Below are positions 1-10,960 of a stretch of 64,000 bases of DNA, piece after piece. A program made the translations under genes and the position numbers. Position 1 is the stretch's first letter. The number at the start of each line of letters is the position of its first letter. The stretch lies in assembly GCA_963664195.1 (NCBI GenBank), contig OY760907.1, positions 864,001-928,000 of the forward strand, written 5' to 3'. The notes beneath the pieces are model-generated. The model made no database searches and was not told where the DNA came from. It was given only the letters and a program-made list of their open reading frames with translations. Source of the stretch: an uncultured candidate division Zixibacteria bacterium. Its GTDB lineage: Bacteria; Zixibacteria; MSB-5A5; GN15; FEB-12.

Positions 1-209
1 TGCATCTTGCCAGCCCCTTCGAGGATATAATACACTTCGTCGGTTTTCATCCGGTGCCGAATCGTCTGACATCCTGGGGCAACAACAGCATGGGCTAGCG
101 AATAGCGTCCGTCGAAGGCGTACTCCCGATGCGGGTGCAGGAGTTCACGCAAGCACGTATTGTCGCCGGAAGTTATGACGTCACAGTCTGTGAGTTTACG
201 TATCAGCAT
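1..209 (-). CDS. cupin domain protein (runs off window edge)
   Basis: Manual translation MLIRKLTDCDVITSGDNTCLRELLHPHREYAFDGRYSLAHAVVAPGCQTIRHRMKTDEVYYILEGAGKM; cupin motif H..EVYYILEG. Confidence 0.8.
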   Translation of the reverse strand, partial: MLIRKLTDCDVITSGDNTCLRELLHPHREYAFDGRYSLAHAVVAPGCQTIRHRMKTDEVYYILEGAGKM

Positions 210-244
210 GTTGTGTCTTCCTCGACTGGCTCTCGCCCACTATC

Positions 245-270
245 AAAAAAGCCCGCCGGAGCGGGCTTTG
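245..270 (-). terminator. intrinsic terminator after etfB
   Basis: aaagcccgc-cgga-gcgggcttt hairpin, T-run on minus strand. Confidence 0.75.
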
Positions 271-275
271 TCGGT

Positions 276-1061
276 CTAGAGAACCTGATTGTCTCTGAGC
301 TTCTGGAACAGCTTGTCGGCGATCTCCTCGGGAGTCTCACCCTCGATCATCTCACCGGCCTGTCTCGGCGGCGGTGGTTTGACGCCCTTGATCTCAGTGC
401 GCGAGTTGGCACCAATATCGGAACTGTCGAGCCCCAAATCACCGGCAGTCCAGGTAGTAATCTGTTTCTTTTTGGCGGCCATTTTGCCCTTGAGCGACGG
501 CAGTCGCGGCTCGTTGATTTCCTTCACAACCGACACGACAGCCGGAAGCTGCAAATCGACGACATCATAGCCGTCTTCGGTCGACCGGAACACGGTCGCT
601 TTGGCGTCTTCAATCGCCTCGAACTTCTTGACGAACATAGCGGCCGGAAGGTCCAGATACGCGGCCACGGCGGCTGGCACCTGGGCGGCATCGGAGTCAA
701 CCGCCTGCTTGCCGGCGAGCACGAGATCGAAACCTTCGAGCTTCTTCAGACCTGCGGCGAGAATACGTGCGATTCCCTGCTGGTCAGAGCCGTTGAAGGC
801 GTCGTCGGCCAACAGATAGGCCTCATCGGCGCCGAGCGCAAAACAGTTGCGGAGGGCGGATTCGGTGCGATCGGTACCGACCGACATGACGATACATTTC
901 CCGCCGGTTCTTTCTTTGATGCGGAGTCCTTCTTCGAGCGCAAACTCATCGAACGGATTCACAAAGCCGGGTCCCTGCGGAAGGACGACCTTGCCGGCGG
1001 CCTCATCGACCTTGATCAGCGCAATTTCCGGGACCTGTTTGATCAAAACGACAACGTTCAT
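276..1061 (-). CDS. etfB: electron transfer flavoprotein beta subunit
   Basis: MNVVVLIKQVP, NPFDEFALEE, GKQAVDSD, NEPRLPSLKG motifs. Confidence 0.95.
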   Translation of the reverse strand: MNVVVLIKQVPEIALIKVDEAAGKVVLPQGPGFVNPFDEFALEEGLRIKERTGGKCIVMSVGTDRTESALRNCFALGADEAYLLADDAFNGSDQQGIARILAAGLKKLEGFDLVLAGKQAVDSDAAQVPAAVAAYLDLPAAMFVKKFEAIEDAKATVFRSTEDGYDVVDLQLPAVVSVVKEINEPRLPSLKGKMAAKKKQITTWTAGDLGLDSSDIGANSRTEIKGVKPPPPRQAGEMIEGETPEEIADKLFQKLRDNQVL

Positions 1062-1105
1062 GATATGTCCACCTGATAATGCTTGGATATTCGTTATTAG
1101 GGGTC

Positions 1106-1134
1106 AATATGCGCGATGCAAACGCGCTTGTCAA
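1106..1134 (-). promoter_or_regulatory. sigma70 promoter of etfB
   Basis: TTGACA-17-CATATT on minus strand. Confidence 0.6.
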
Positions 1135-1169
1135 GCCGTGGGATGGGGGGTGATTTGACCCAAACAATA

Positions 1170-1200
1170 GAAAAGGCCCGCCTTACGGGGCGAGCCTTTG
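1170..1200 (-). terminator. probable terminator after the histone-like gene
   Basis: aaaggcccgcc-ttac-ggggcgagccttt imperfect hairpin with T-run on minus strand. Confidence 0.55.
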
Positions 1201-1230
1201 ATTCGGACGCAAGTGTGACCTCGCAGATTG

Positions 1231-1689
1231 CTATCTCCTGCGTTTGGTCGTATTCCTCGTCGTCGCGGCTCTTTTGCGAGCCGTCGTCTTGCGTTTCGGC
1301 GCGGCATTTCTGCGGGCGGTGGTAGTCGGACGACGCGTGGTCGTCTTCCGCGTGGTCGTTTTGCGTGACGGTTTGGCGATCATGGTCTTTCGCAGACCGA
1401 GCGAACGCGCTTTCGCCTGCAACGACGCAACCGACCGGTTCAGCTTTTTCGCAAGCTCGGCAGTCGGGGTTTTCGGATAGGATTTCTTCATCATGGACTC
1501 TTCACCGACAGTCCATGCCTTCGCTCCGGCTCTCACTTTGCGCAGGGCCGTTGTTCTCCTCGAAGCAACCTTGCGAGTCACTGTCCGCTTCGGCGCGGCT
1601 TTCTTTCTCGCGGCTGTAGCCCTCGTGGTGGTCTTCCTGGCGGTCGCCTTTCTCTTCGGAGCCGCTTTTTTCTTCGTCGCTTTGCGCAT
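1231..1689 (-). CDS. histone H1-like basic DNA-binding protein with central Myb/SANT-like HTH
   Basis: 54/152 residues K/R, AAPKR repeats, central WT..EE..ELAKKLNRS..SLQAKARSLGL; GAGGAG RBS. Confidence 0.75.
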   Translation of the reverse strand: MRKATKKKAAPKRKATARKTTTRATAARKKAAPKRTVTRKVASRRTTALRKVRAGAKAWTVGEESMMKKSYPKTPTAELAKKLNRSVASLQAKARSLGLRKTMIAKPSRKTTTRKTTTRRPTTTARRNAAPKRKTTARKRAATTRNTTKRRR

Positions 1690-2053
1690 TGAATAACACT
1701 CCTCTGGAAAAGTTAATCGACTAGCGGTAACGTTGATTGGCTTTCATCGTTTTAACACGCATACGAGGCGCGTGCAACATCAACCTCACCTCCGGAACAC
1801 ATTACAATTAAGACTGCACCATTCTGCAGTCAACTAATAAATACTACGGGAATGATCGTCATTCTGCTAAAGTTGGTTTAACAAAATCGATGCTGTTTGA
1901 GGTGTTTTTCTGTGTCTGCACCCGTAATACGCGGACAAATCGGTGACTTTCGACGTTTACTGTCAGCCAGGGTTCAGAATGGGCGACGGACATGCAAAAT
2001 GGTCATGGATAGCAATAATAAATGCGGGAAAGGTACGAAGGAACGGGACGAGT

Positions 2054-2806
2054 CTATTCGCTCTGCTGCGCCAGATTGCTCAGAGCCTCGCGGGCGGCTT
2101 TCTGCTCCGCCTCTTTTTTCGAGGAACCGCTGCCGGTGCCAAGCGAAGAACCGTTGATGCTGACGGCCACTTCAAATGTCTTGTCATGGTCAGGCCCGGT
2201 CTCCGACAGCACCTCGTATCGAGGCATCCCCTCTCCCCGTCCCTGGACGAGTTCGAGAAGATCTCCTTTATAGTTCTGCTGGGCGAGGTCGTTTAGAATC
2301 AGCGCTTTTCGGGAGTATATGAATCCGAGCACGAGATTTCGTGCCGCATCCAGACCACCGTCAAGATACACGGCGCCGATAACGGCCTCGAAAGCATCGG
2401 AGACTATTGAGGGCCGTTCACGTCCACCGCTGCGATCTTCTTCGGGGGACATGAAGATGAATTGGTTGAGACCGACCTCAATTGCGACCTGGGCAAGTGT
2501 CGTCTCGTTGACCAGCATCGCTTTCTGCTTGGTCAGATCTCCCTCGGTTGCCCTGGGATGATGGCGAAACAGCTCCTCGGCGATGATTACGCCGAGGACT
2601 GAATCGCCAAGGAATTCTAAGCGTTCATTGGAGGGTTGGGAGATGTCCGCCGCCCGGGCAATAGATCGATGCGTAAGAGAAAGGTGTAGCAAATCACGAT
2701 CACGGAAGCGATATCCGATCAGCTCCTGGCAAGCCTCAAGCTGACTTTCAGAAGATTCACTGCCGCGTTTTCTTAGAAGACTACTTATCTTCCTCCACAG
2801 GTTCAT
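2054..2806 (-). CDS. rnc: ribonuclease III
   Basis: NERLEFLGDSVL signature plus C-terminal dsRBD. Confidence 0.97.
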   Translation of the reverse strand: MNLWRKISSLLRKRGSESSESQLEACQELIGYRFRDRDLLHLSLTHRSIARAADISQPSNERLEFLGDSVLGVIIAEELFRHHPRATEGDLTKQKAMLVNETTLAQVAIEVGLNQFIFMSPEEDRSGGRERPSIVSDAFEAVIGAVYLDGGLDAARNLVLGFIYSRKALILNDLAQQNYKGDLLELVQGRGEGMPRYEVLSETGPDHDKTFEVAVSINGSSLGTGSGSSKKEAEQKAAREALSNLAQQSE

Positions 2807-4054
2807 TTAACGAGTGCCGTTGGGCTTCCCTACCACAATCGTCACGTTGTGACCTCCGAATCCAAATGAGTTCGACAGTGCGTACGTGATGTCGCAGTCC
2901 CGTTTCTGATGAGGCACATAGTCCAGATCACAGTCGGGGTCGGAGTCATCCAGATTTATGGTCGGATGCACCACTCCATTCTCAATAGATTTGAGTGTTG
3001 CCACCAGTTCAGCAGCTCCTGCACAGCCGAGCAGATGACCGGTCATTGACTTTGTCGAATTGCACGGAATCTTGTAGGCATGGTCGCCCAGAACCGCCTT
3101 GATCGCTTTAGTCTCAGAAATATCGCCGAGACCGGTGGCAGTCCCGTGCGTGTTGATGTAATCAACCTGTTCGGGAGAGATGCCGGCACTGCGAATGGCA
3201 CCTTCCATTGACAGTCTGGCCCCGATCCCTTCCGGGTGGGGTGCTGTCATGTGGTGAGCATCGCCGGACATACCGCCGCCGAACAGCTCACCGTAGATTT
3301 TCGCGCCCCGCTTCACGGCGTGCTCGTAGGACTCGAGGATGACCATCGCACCACCCTCGCCCATGACGAAACCATCGCGGTTCTTGTCGAACGGACGTGA
3401 GGCTTTCTCCGGCTCGTCGTTGCGAGTGGACATCGCCTTGTTTGAGCAGAAACCGGCAACTGAGGTCGGGGTGATCGTCGCCTCGGCTCCACCGGTGATC
3501 ATCATGTCAGCCTCGCCGCGTTGGATGATATGGAATGCATCCAGAATAGCGTGGTTGGAAGACGCACAGGCGGATACGGTCCCATAGTTCGGGCCGTGGA
3601 CGCGATAACGCATTGACACCAGACCGGCACACATGTCGATAATCATCATGGGGATGAAGAACGGCGACACACGACCGGGGCCCGACTTCAACAAACGCTC
3701 GTGCTGCTCCTCAAAGGTCATAATACCGCCGATTCCGGAGCCGATGACCACACCGATACGATTGCGATCGGCGGTTTCAAGATCAATCCCTGAATCCCTG
3801 ACGGCCATCTCAGAGGCAGCGATCGCGAATTGCTGAATCCTGTCGGTGCGCCTGACTTCCTTCTTGTCGAAGTATTCCAGGGGATCGAAGTTTTTCACTT
3901 CGGCCGCGATCCGCGTCGAATAAGCTGACGCGTCGAAACACGTAATCGGGCCAGCCCCGGACTTACCCTCAAGAAGCGCGTTCCAGTATTCTTCAACACT
4001 GTTACCCAGAGGGGTTACTGCTCCCATACCGGTGACAACAGCTCTATGCTTCAT
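2807..4054 (-). CDS. fabF: 3-oxoacyl-ACP synthase II
   Basis: VVTGMG, SACAS, HGTAT, SNSFGFGGHN. Confidence 0.97.
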   Translation of the reverse strand: MKHRAVVTGMGAVTPLGNSVEEYWNALLEGKSGAGPITCFDASAYSTRIAAEVKNFDPLEYFDKKEVRRTDRIQQFAIAASEMAVRDSGIDLETADRNRIGVVIGSGIGGIMTFEEQHERLLKSGPGRVSPFFIPMMIIDMCAGLVSMRYRVHGPNYGTVSACASSNHAILDAFHIIQRGEADMMITGGAEATITPTSVAGFCSNKAMSTRNDEPEKASRPFDKNRDGFVMGEGGAMVILESYEHAVKRGAKIYGELFGGGMSGDAHHMTAPHPEGIGARLSMEGAIRSAGISPEQVDYINTHGTATGLGDISETKAIKAVLGDHAYKIPCNSTKSMTGHLLGCAGAAELVATLKSIENGVVHPTINLDDSDPDCDLDYVPHQKRDCDITYALSNSFGFGGHNVTIVVGKPNGTR

Positions 4055-4150
4055 AGTCCTGCCAAGTACTTTCGTTTAATCGTGCAAGCCGCCCGCAGAA
4101 CGATCCATCGAACAAACGACGGACCGTCCGGGGGACAACTGTTGAATAGC

Positions 4151-4384
4151 CTAGGAAGAGTGCTCGTTGATGTAGTTGATAGCATCAATCACGGAGGTGA
4201 TCTTCTCGGCATCTTCGTCCGGAATCTCCAGAGAGAATTCCTCTTCGAGAGCCATCACCAGTTCGACGGTATCCAGCGAATCGGCACCAAGATCATCCAC
4301 GAATTTCGCGGATTCAGTTACCTGGCTGGCTTCGACACCCAGCTGCTCAACGATGATTTCTTTGACTCTTTCTTCTACGGCCAT
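4151..4384 (-). CDS. acpP: acyl carrier protein
   Basis: [11 protein letters not shown]. Confidence 0.98.
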   Translation of the reverse strand: MAVEERVKEIIVEQLGVEASQVTESAKFVDDLGADSLDTVELVMALEEEFSLEIPDEDAEKITSVIDAINYINEHSS

Positions 4385-4419
4385 GACTTGCTCCTTTTAT
4401 TCTTCCTGTTCTCTGTCGT

Positions 4420-5151
4420 CTAAACGGTAAGGCCACCGTCCACTGTCAACACTTGGCCGGTGACGTACGCGGCTTCATCCGAAGCCAAGTACAGTACTGC
4501 CGACGCAACGTCGTCCGGTGTACCGGGGCGATTTATCAAAACACGGTCGAGGAAAGCCTTCCGGGCCGCCTCGGGCATCTTTTCTGTCATTTCCGACTGG
4601 ATGTATCCCGGCGCCACGGCGTTCACCGTGATACCCCGGGAAGCCAGTTCTTTGGCGGCGGACTTGGTTAAACCAATCATGCCGGCCTTGGACGCCGAGT
4701 AATTGGCCTGGCCGGCATTGCCACCTGTTCCCACAATCGAACTGATGTTGATAATGCGTCCAACGCGCTGTTTCATCATCAGTTTGCTGGCTGTTTTCGT
4801 GACAAGAAAGGCACCTTTCAGGTTGATGTCAAGAACCATGTCCCAGTCTTTTTCGTCCATACGGATCATGAGTCCGTCGCGTGTGACACCCGCGTTATTG
4901 ACCACGATGTCAACCCGCCCGAGCTCCGCCTTAGCCGTATCAAACAGTGCCACAACATCTTCCGCGCTGGTGACGTTGGCTTTGATGCCTATCGCACCGT
5001 GACCGATCTCTTTGGCGGTCGCATCGACAGTCAACTGGTCCAGGTCACTTATGACTACTGTCGCACCCTTTTCAGCCAGACGCCGTGCAATCACCTTGCC
5101 TATGCCACGGGCGGAACCGGTTACAATCGCTACCTTGTCTGAAAAATCCAT
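4420..5151 (-). CDS. fabG: 3-oxoacyl-ACP reductase
   Basis: TGSARGIG, NNAG, YSASK; start at MDFSDK. Confidence 0.96.
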   Translation of the reverse strand: MDFSDKVAIVTGSARGIGKVIARRLAEKGATVVISDLDQLTVDATAKEIGHGAIGIKANVTSAEDVVALFDTAKAELGRVDIVVNNAGVTRDGLMIRMDEKDWDMVLDINLKGAFLVTKTASKLMMKQRVGRIINISSIVGTGGNAGQANYSASKAGMIGLTKSAAKELASRGITVNAVAPGYIQSEMTEKMPEAARKAFLDRVLINRPGTPDDVASAVLYLASDEAAYVTGQVLTVDGGLTV

Positions 5152-5164
5152 TTCAGTCGCACTC

Positions 5165-6097
5165 CTATGCGTTCGCCGCGGCGAACTCTTCAATATCCTG
5201 AATCGTATCCAGATTTACCGATCTCTCCGGTCGAAGCTCACGCTTGGCCAATCCCGTCAGAACCTTGCCCGGTCCGATTTCGATCAGCGTAGTTACGCCA
5301 TTATCCTTGAGATAGCTCATCGTCTGGCTCCAGCGAACGGGCGATGTCACCTGCTGCACGAGAAGCCGGCGAATGTCATCCGGACTCGTAACTGAATCTG
5401 CAGTCACGTTGGCTACAACCGGCTGCGACGGTTCGTTGATCGTCAGCCCGGACAGGAACTGTTCGAGACCTTCCGAGGCCGGCTCCATCAATGGTGAATG
5501 GAAAGCACCGCCGACTTCGAGCAGCACAGCCCGTTTGGCTCCGGCTTCTTTGGCCAGTTCGGCAGCCTTCTTAACGGCGTCAATCGAACCCGAAAGAACG
5601 ATCTGCGCACTTGAATTGAAATTGGCCGGGACCACGATACCATCAACTGATGCATCCCTGCAGACCTGCTCGGCTCTCTCCATCGAGAGTCCCATAGTGG
5701 CCGCCATCGTACCGGGGTTTTTCTGGCAGGCGTCTTCCATGAGGGCTGCACGTTTCACGACCGCCTTGATCGCATCCTCGAAACTCAAAGCACCGGTCAC
5801 CGCCAGGGCACCGTATTCACCGAGTGAGTGGCCGGCAGCGAATTCAAATGTCGGAAGTGCGTCGCTGAGAACCTTCAATACGGCCAACGAGTGCAGAAGA
5901 ATTGCGGGCTGCGTAAATCGCGTCCGCTTCAATTCGTCGGCGGGACCATCGAACGAAAGCGCGGCGATATCGGCTCCGATTTCGTCGGAGGCAAACCTGT
6001 ACATAGCGCGCACGTCGGCAGAACTGTCATAGAGGTCCTTGGCCATCCCGACGTACTGCGAGGCCTGACCCGGAAAAAAGAGGGCTGTTTTGCTCAT
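5165..6097 (-). CDS. fabD: malonyl-CoA:ACP transacylase
   Basis: FPGQ, GHSLGE, GAFHS. Confidence 0.97.
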   Translation of the reverse strand: MSKTALFFPGQASQYVGMAKDLYDSSADVRAMYRFASDEIGADIAALSFDGPADELKRTRFTQPAILLHSLAVLKVLSDALPTFEFAAGHSLGEYGALAVTGALSFEDAIKAVVKRAALMEDACQKNPGTMAATMGLSMERAEQVCRDASVDGIVVPANFNSSAQIVLSGSIDAVKKAAELAKEAGAKRAVLLEVGGAFHSPLMEPASEGLEQFLSGLTINEPSQPVVANVTADSVTSPDDIRRLLVQQVTSPVRWSQTMSYLKDNGVTTLIEIGPGKVLTGLAKRELRPERSVNLDTIQDIEEFAAANA

Positions 6098-6101
6098 TGT
6101 T

Positions 6102-7091
6102 TTACCATTTCACGAGGGCGGCACCCCAGATGAAGCCTCCGCCGAATGCGACCATGACTACGTTATCATCGGACTTGATACGACCGGCGCGGTTAGCTTC
6201 ATCCAGCGCCAGCGGTACCGAAGCCGAAGATGTGTTGCCGTAATTTTGGATATTCAGACACACGCGATCCATGCTTATGCCCAGACGCTTGGCCATGGCT
6301 TCGATGATGCGGATATTGGCCTGGTGTGGCACAAACAGAGAAATGTCATCCGGAGTCAGTCCGGCCCTTTTTATCACGATTCTGACAGCGTCAGCCATCT
6401 TCTTTACGGCGACCTTAAAGACATCGGATCCGGCCATGAATATCTTGTCCGTACCGTCGAAGCCGAAGTCCGGTGAGTACGGATTGCGCGTTCCGCCGGT
6501 TACAATGTGCAACAACTCGCGCATGCGACCATCGGACTTCATGTACGTAGACTGCACTCCGCTGCCGTTATCCGAGCCTTCAAGAACGACGGCTCCGGCG
6601 GCATCGCCGAACAGAACGCAGGTGTTGCGGTCTTTGTAGTTCGTGATCGACGTCAGCTTCTCACAGCCAAGGACCAGCGCCTTTTTGTGCTCGCCCATCG
6701 CAATCTGCGAATTCGCAATCGACAGACCGTTAATAAAACCGGTACAGGCCGACACTTGATCGAACGCCACGGCGTTCGGAAACCCCATCCTCTCCTGCAG
6801 AAGGCAGGCGGTCGACGGCAGGCGATAGTCGGGGGTAACCGTGCCGCAGATAACGAGATCGATCTCATCGTGAGCGACCCCGGCCATTTCAATGGCCTTC
6901 GCAGCGGCTTTCTCAGCCATGTCGGCGGTGGTCATATCATCGTCGCAGACGTGCCTTTCACGAATACCGGTACGACTTACAATCCACTCGTCCGATGTAT
7001 CTACCAGCTTCTCAAAGTCAGCGTTGGTCATCACCCGGGGAGGAGTGTACGACCCCGTCCCGATTATCTTCGCTCGTATTTGTCGCGTCAT
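6102..7091 (-). CDS. fabH: 3-oxoacyl-ACP synthase III
   Basis: SACTGF, HQAN, GNTSSAS; start at MTRQIR. Confidence 0.96.
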   Translation of the reverse strand: MTRQIRAKIIGTGSYTPPRVMTNADFEKLVDTSDEWIVSRTGIRERHVCDDDMTTADMAEKAAAKAIEMAGVAHDEIDLVICGTVTPDYRLPSTACLLQERMGFPNAVAFDQVSACTGFINGLSIANSQIAMGEHKKALVLGCEKLTSITNYKDRNTCVLFGDAAGAVVLEGSDNGSGVQSTYMKSDGRMRELLHIVTGGTRNPYSPDFGFDGTDKIFMAGSDVFKVAVKKMADAVRIVIKRAGLTPDDISLFVPHQANIRIIEAMAKRLGISMDRVCLNIQNYGNTSSASVPLALDEANRAGRIKSDDNVVMVAFGGGFIWGAALVKW

Positions 7092-8118
7092 CGTTCTTTC
7101 CAAAATGGTTGGTTGTCAGCTCGTCCTTGATCTGCTTGTTGATCTCCTTGCACACCATGCCGTAAGATCCCAGAATAGCATTTGTGATGGCCCTGGAGTT
7201 GGAGGAGCCATGACAGATCATAACAACACCCTTCACTCCAAGCAGCGGCGCTCCTCCGGCCTCGGCGTAGTCAAACGTGCTTTTCATGCGCTTCATGAAC
7301 GGCAACAACAGCACCACGCCAAACCGCGAAAAGACGTTCGTCTGAATCTGCCTTTGGATCGCCTTTACCAGGAAGGGCTTGACCGATTCGGCAAACTTCA
7401 GGAGAATGTTTCCCATGAAGCCGTCGGTAACAGCAACGTCTACCGCACCGGACAGAATGTCGCGTCCTTCGACATTTCCAACAAAGTTGATCTTGGAATC
7501 GTTCAGAAGTTTTCGGGCACCAAAGATTAATTCATTGCCCTTGCTTCGTTCCTCACCGATGGAAACCAGCCCTACCCGCGGGGAGTCGACCCCCAGCATG
7601 GCCGCCGCATAGACAGAACCCATGACCGCAAACTGTGACAGGTGCCGTGGCTTGCAGTCGGCATTAGCCCCCACGTCGAGCACCACACACGGATGTCCGG
7701 CGCTTGATGGGAACAGACTGGTTATAGCGGGTCTGATAACACCCTTGATTCTTCCGAGAGTCAGTAGCGAACTGGCCATGACAGCACCGGTATTGCCCGG
7801 TGATATGAAGGCTTCAGCTTCGCCTCTGCGCACCATGCGAAGGCCCACCGCGATCGAGCTGTCTCGTCTGCGGACACCGTCGGTGGCAGCCATCTTCATG
7901 GAGATTTCGGCGTCGGCATGCCGTACCTCAATATTGCGCGGCACGTCCGCCGTGCTTTCGAGGACCTGTCTGATTTCGGGTTCGCGTCCGACGAGAATAA
8001 TCTCAGCCTTACCGATGAGTTTCCGTGCTGCATCGATACCGCCCAGTATAATTCCCCGGGGGCCGCCATCGGACCCCATTACGTCGAGAACCAGCCTTTT
8101 TACATCGCCAGCTGCCAT
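7018..8118 (-). CDS. plsX: phosphate acyltransferase
   Basis: LDVMGSD, SPGNTGA, DVGANAD, GGAPLLG, HGSS. Confidence 0.95.
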   Translation of the reverse strand: MAAGDVKRLVLDVMGSDGGPRGIILGGIDAARKLIGKAEIILVGREPEIRQVLESTADVPRNIEVRHADAEISMKMAATDGVRRRDSSIAVGLRMVRRGEAEAFISPGNTGAVMASSLLTLGRIKGVIRPAITSLFPSSAGHPCVVLDVGANADCKPRHLSQFAVMGSVYAAAMLGVDSPRVGLVSIGEERSKGNELIFGARKLLNDSKINFVGNVEGRDILSGAVDVAVTDGFMGNILLKFAESVKPFLVKAIQRQIQTNVFSRFGVVLLLPFMKRMKSTFDYAEAGGAPLLGVKGVVMICHGSSNSRAITNAILGSYGMVCKEINKQIKDELTTNHFGKNDDATNTSEDNRDGVVHSSPGDDQR

Positions 8119-8164
8119 TACCTCCGCGTCCCTGGAAAGTGTTGGTTCCAGAATGTAACCGGTT

Positions 8165-8347
8165 TTATGCTTCCCCGGTGTCAATAACCTGGCGGCCGTC
8201 GTAGAAACCGCAACTCGGGCAGATGTGATGCGGCAGGCGAGCCTGCCCACAGTTTTTGCAATCGACTACATTAGGAGTGGTCAGCTTCCAGTTTGTCCGA
8301 CGCTTCCGACCTCTGGTCTTGGAATGTCTCCGTTTAGGTAATGCCAT
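8165..8347 (-). CDS. rpmF: 50S ribosomal protein L32
   Basis: MALPKRRHSK, CKNC..HHICPSCG. Confidence 0.97.
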   Translation of the reverse strand: MALPKRRHSKTRGRKRRTNWKLTTPNVVDCKNCGQARLPHHICPSCGFYDGRQVIDTGEA

Positions 8348-8372
8348 CTCGTTTATTCCTCAGGTGAATATA

Positions 8373-8891
8373 TCATTTCTCGGGGAAAAGCCCCTTGAGG
8401 CCTTCCCATCGAGGATCCACGTTATTTCCGTCGCAAGCGCAGTCTCCTTCGTTGAGGTTCTGCCCACATGAAGAGCAAAGCCCCTGACAGTCCTCGGAGC
8501 ACAGCGGTTTGAGCGGCAGCGCCAAATCAATAGCCTGTCGCACCTGTTCAGTTATGTCAACCCGAAGGTCAGTACCAGTGGGGTAGACGTAGTCTTCGTC
8601 GTCAATCACGTCATCCTCTTCGGTTGTCCTCACCTCGGAGCAAATCACAAAATCTGTCTTGCCGTGTACCTCAGACTCATAGTGCTTGAGGCAGCGGGCA
8701 CACTCCAGAACGACCTCTGCCGTCACAGTCCCCTGGCAGAAGTACTCCTCGCCCGATTTCTGTATCGCCAGACTGACTTCGGCCCCGTCTACCGTTACTA
8801 CGCTGTCGGCGGAAGGCTTAATCTCATTGGCGGCGGCCCGTAAGACCGCACGGGCAGGGAAATCTTCAAGTTCCCTTAGCTCGAGTATCAT
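8373..8891 (-). CDS. yceD: YceD/DUF177 family protein
   Basis: CARCL, KPLCSEDCQGLCSSCG, DPRW; directly upstream of rpmF. Confidence 0.92.
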   Translation of the reverse strand: MILELRELEDFPARAVLRAAANEIKPSADSVVTVDGAEVSLAIQKSGEEYFCQGTVTAEVVLECARCLKHYESEVHGKTDFVICSEVRTTEEDDVIDDEDYVYPTGTDLRVDITEQVRQAIDLALPLKPLCSEDCQGLCSSCGQNLNEGDCACDGNNVDPRWEGLKGLFPEK

Positions 8892-8899
8892 GGAGTAGG

Positions 8900-8928
8900 A
8901 TTGTACGCAAAAGCAGGCCGAAAGTCAA
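8900..8928 (-). promoter_or_regulatory. sigma70 promoter of the yceD-rpmF-fab cluster (near-leaderless)
   Basis: TTGACT-17-TACAAT, 8 nt before the ATG. Confidence 0.65.
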
Positions 8929-9081
8929 GAACATAAAGACGCAGGCAACTGCAAGAAAGACAACGACTTAACGCTCACACTCGGGATGCGCCGGCTCGTA
9001 GCCGCGACATCCGCATCATCCAGTGGTTTCCTGCCCGTTGCTGCCGAGACTCACCGGCAGGTTTCTGGCTCCGATTCCGAC

Positions 9082-9492
9082 CTAATGAGTCGCCTCGTAC
9101 AGCTTAATACGGTTGCTGGCTCTGGCCAGTGCCAGCCGAGCACGTTTGGCGTCAACCGCATTGTCACCCTTGGCGGCAGACTTTAGCAGTTCCCAGGCTC
9201 GGTGGTAAGCTTCCTTGGCGCGCTTCAGGTCAATCTCTTCGGTTTCTTCAACAGCGTCGGCCAGGAGAGTGGCGACATTGTGCGAGACCTCGAGGAAACC
9301 CATCGTAACGGCCAGCGTGTGAGTATTGTCATTGGCGTCCCGGAACTCAATCTTACCCGGCTGCACGGCGGTGATGAGGGGGGCGTGATTAGACAGTACC
9401 CCCAGGTAACCCTCGGTGCCCGGAAGAACTAACGAGGCGACATCGTCCTCAAAGTAGATCTTCTCCGGCGTGACTATGGAAAGTCGAAACAT
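9082..9492 (-). CDS. atpC: ATP synthase F1 epsilon
   Basis: IVTPE, GYLGVLSNHAPL. Confidence 0.95.
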   Translation of the reverse strand: MFRLSIVTPEKIYFEDDVASLVLPGTEGYLGVLSNHAPLITAVQPGKIEFRDANDNTHTLAVTMGFLEVSHNVATLLADAVEETEEIDLKRAKEAYHRAWELLKSAAKGDNAVDAKRARLALARASNRIKLYEATH

Positions 9493-9498
9493 AATACC

Positions 9499-10932
<1,434 letters not shown>

Positions 10933-10960
10933 TCACTTTTTGTCGCACTAGTCTATAATT

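Noticed and set aside
129..1076. Long antisense ORFs (also 30790-32193, 37373-38371, 54929-56065, 13131-13883)
   Set aside because: Shadow frames of well-supported opposite-strand genes; no motifs
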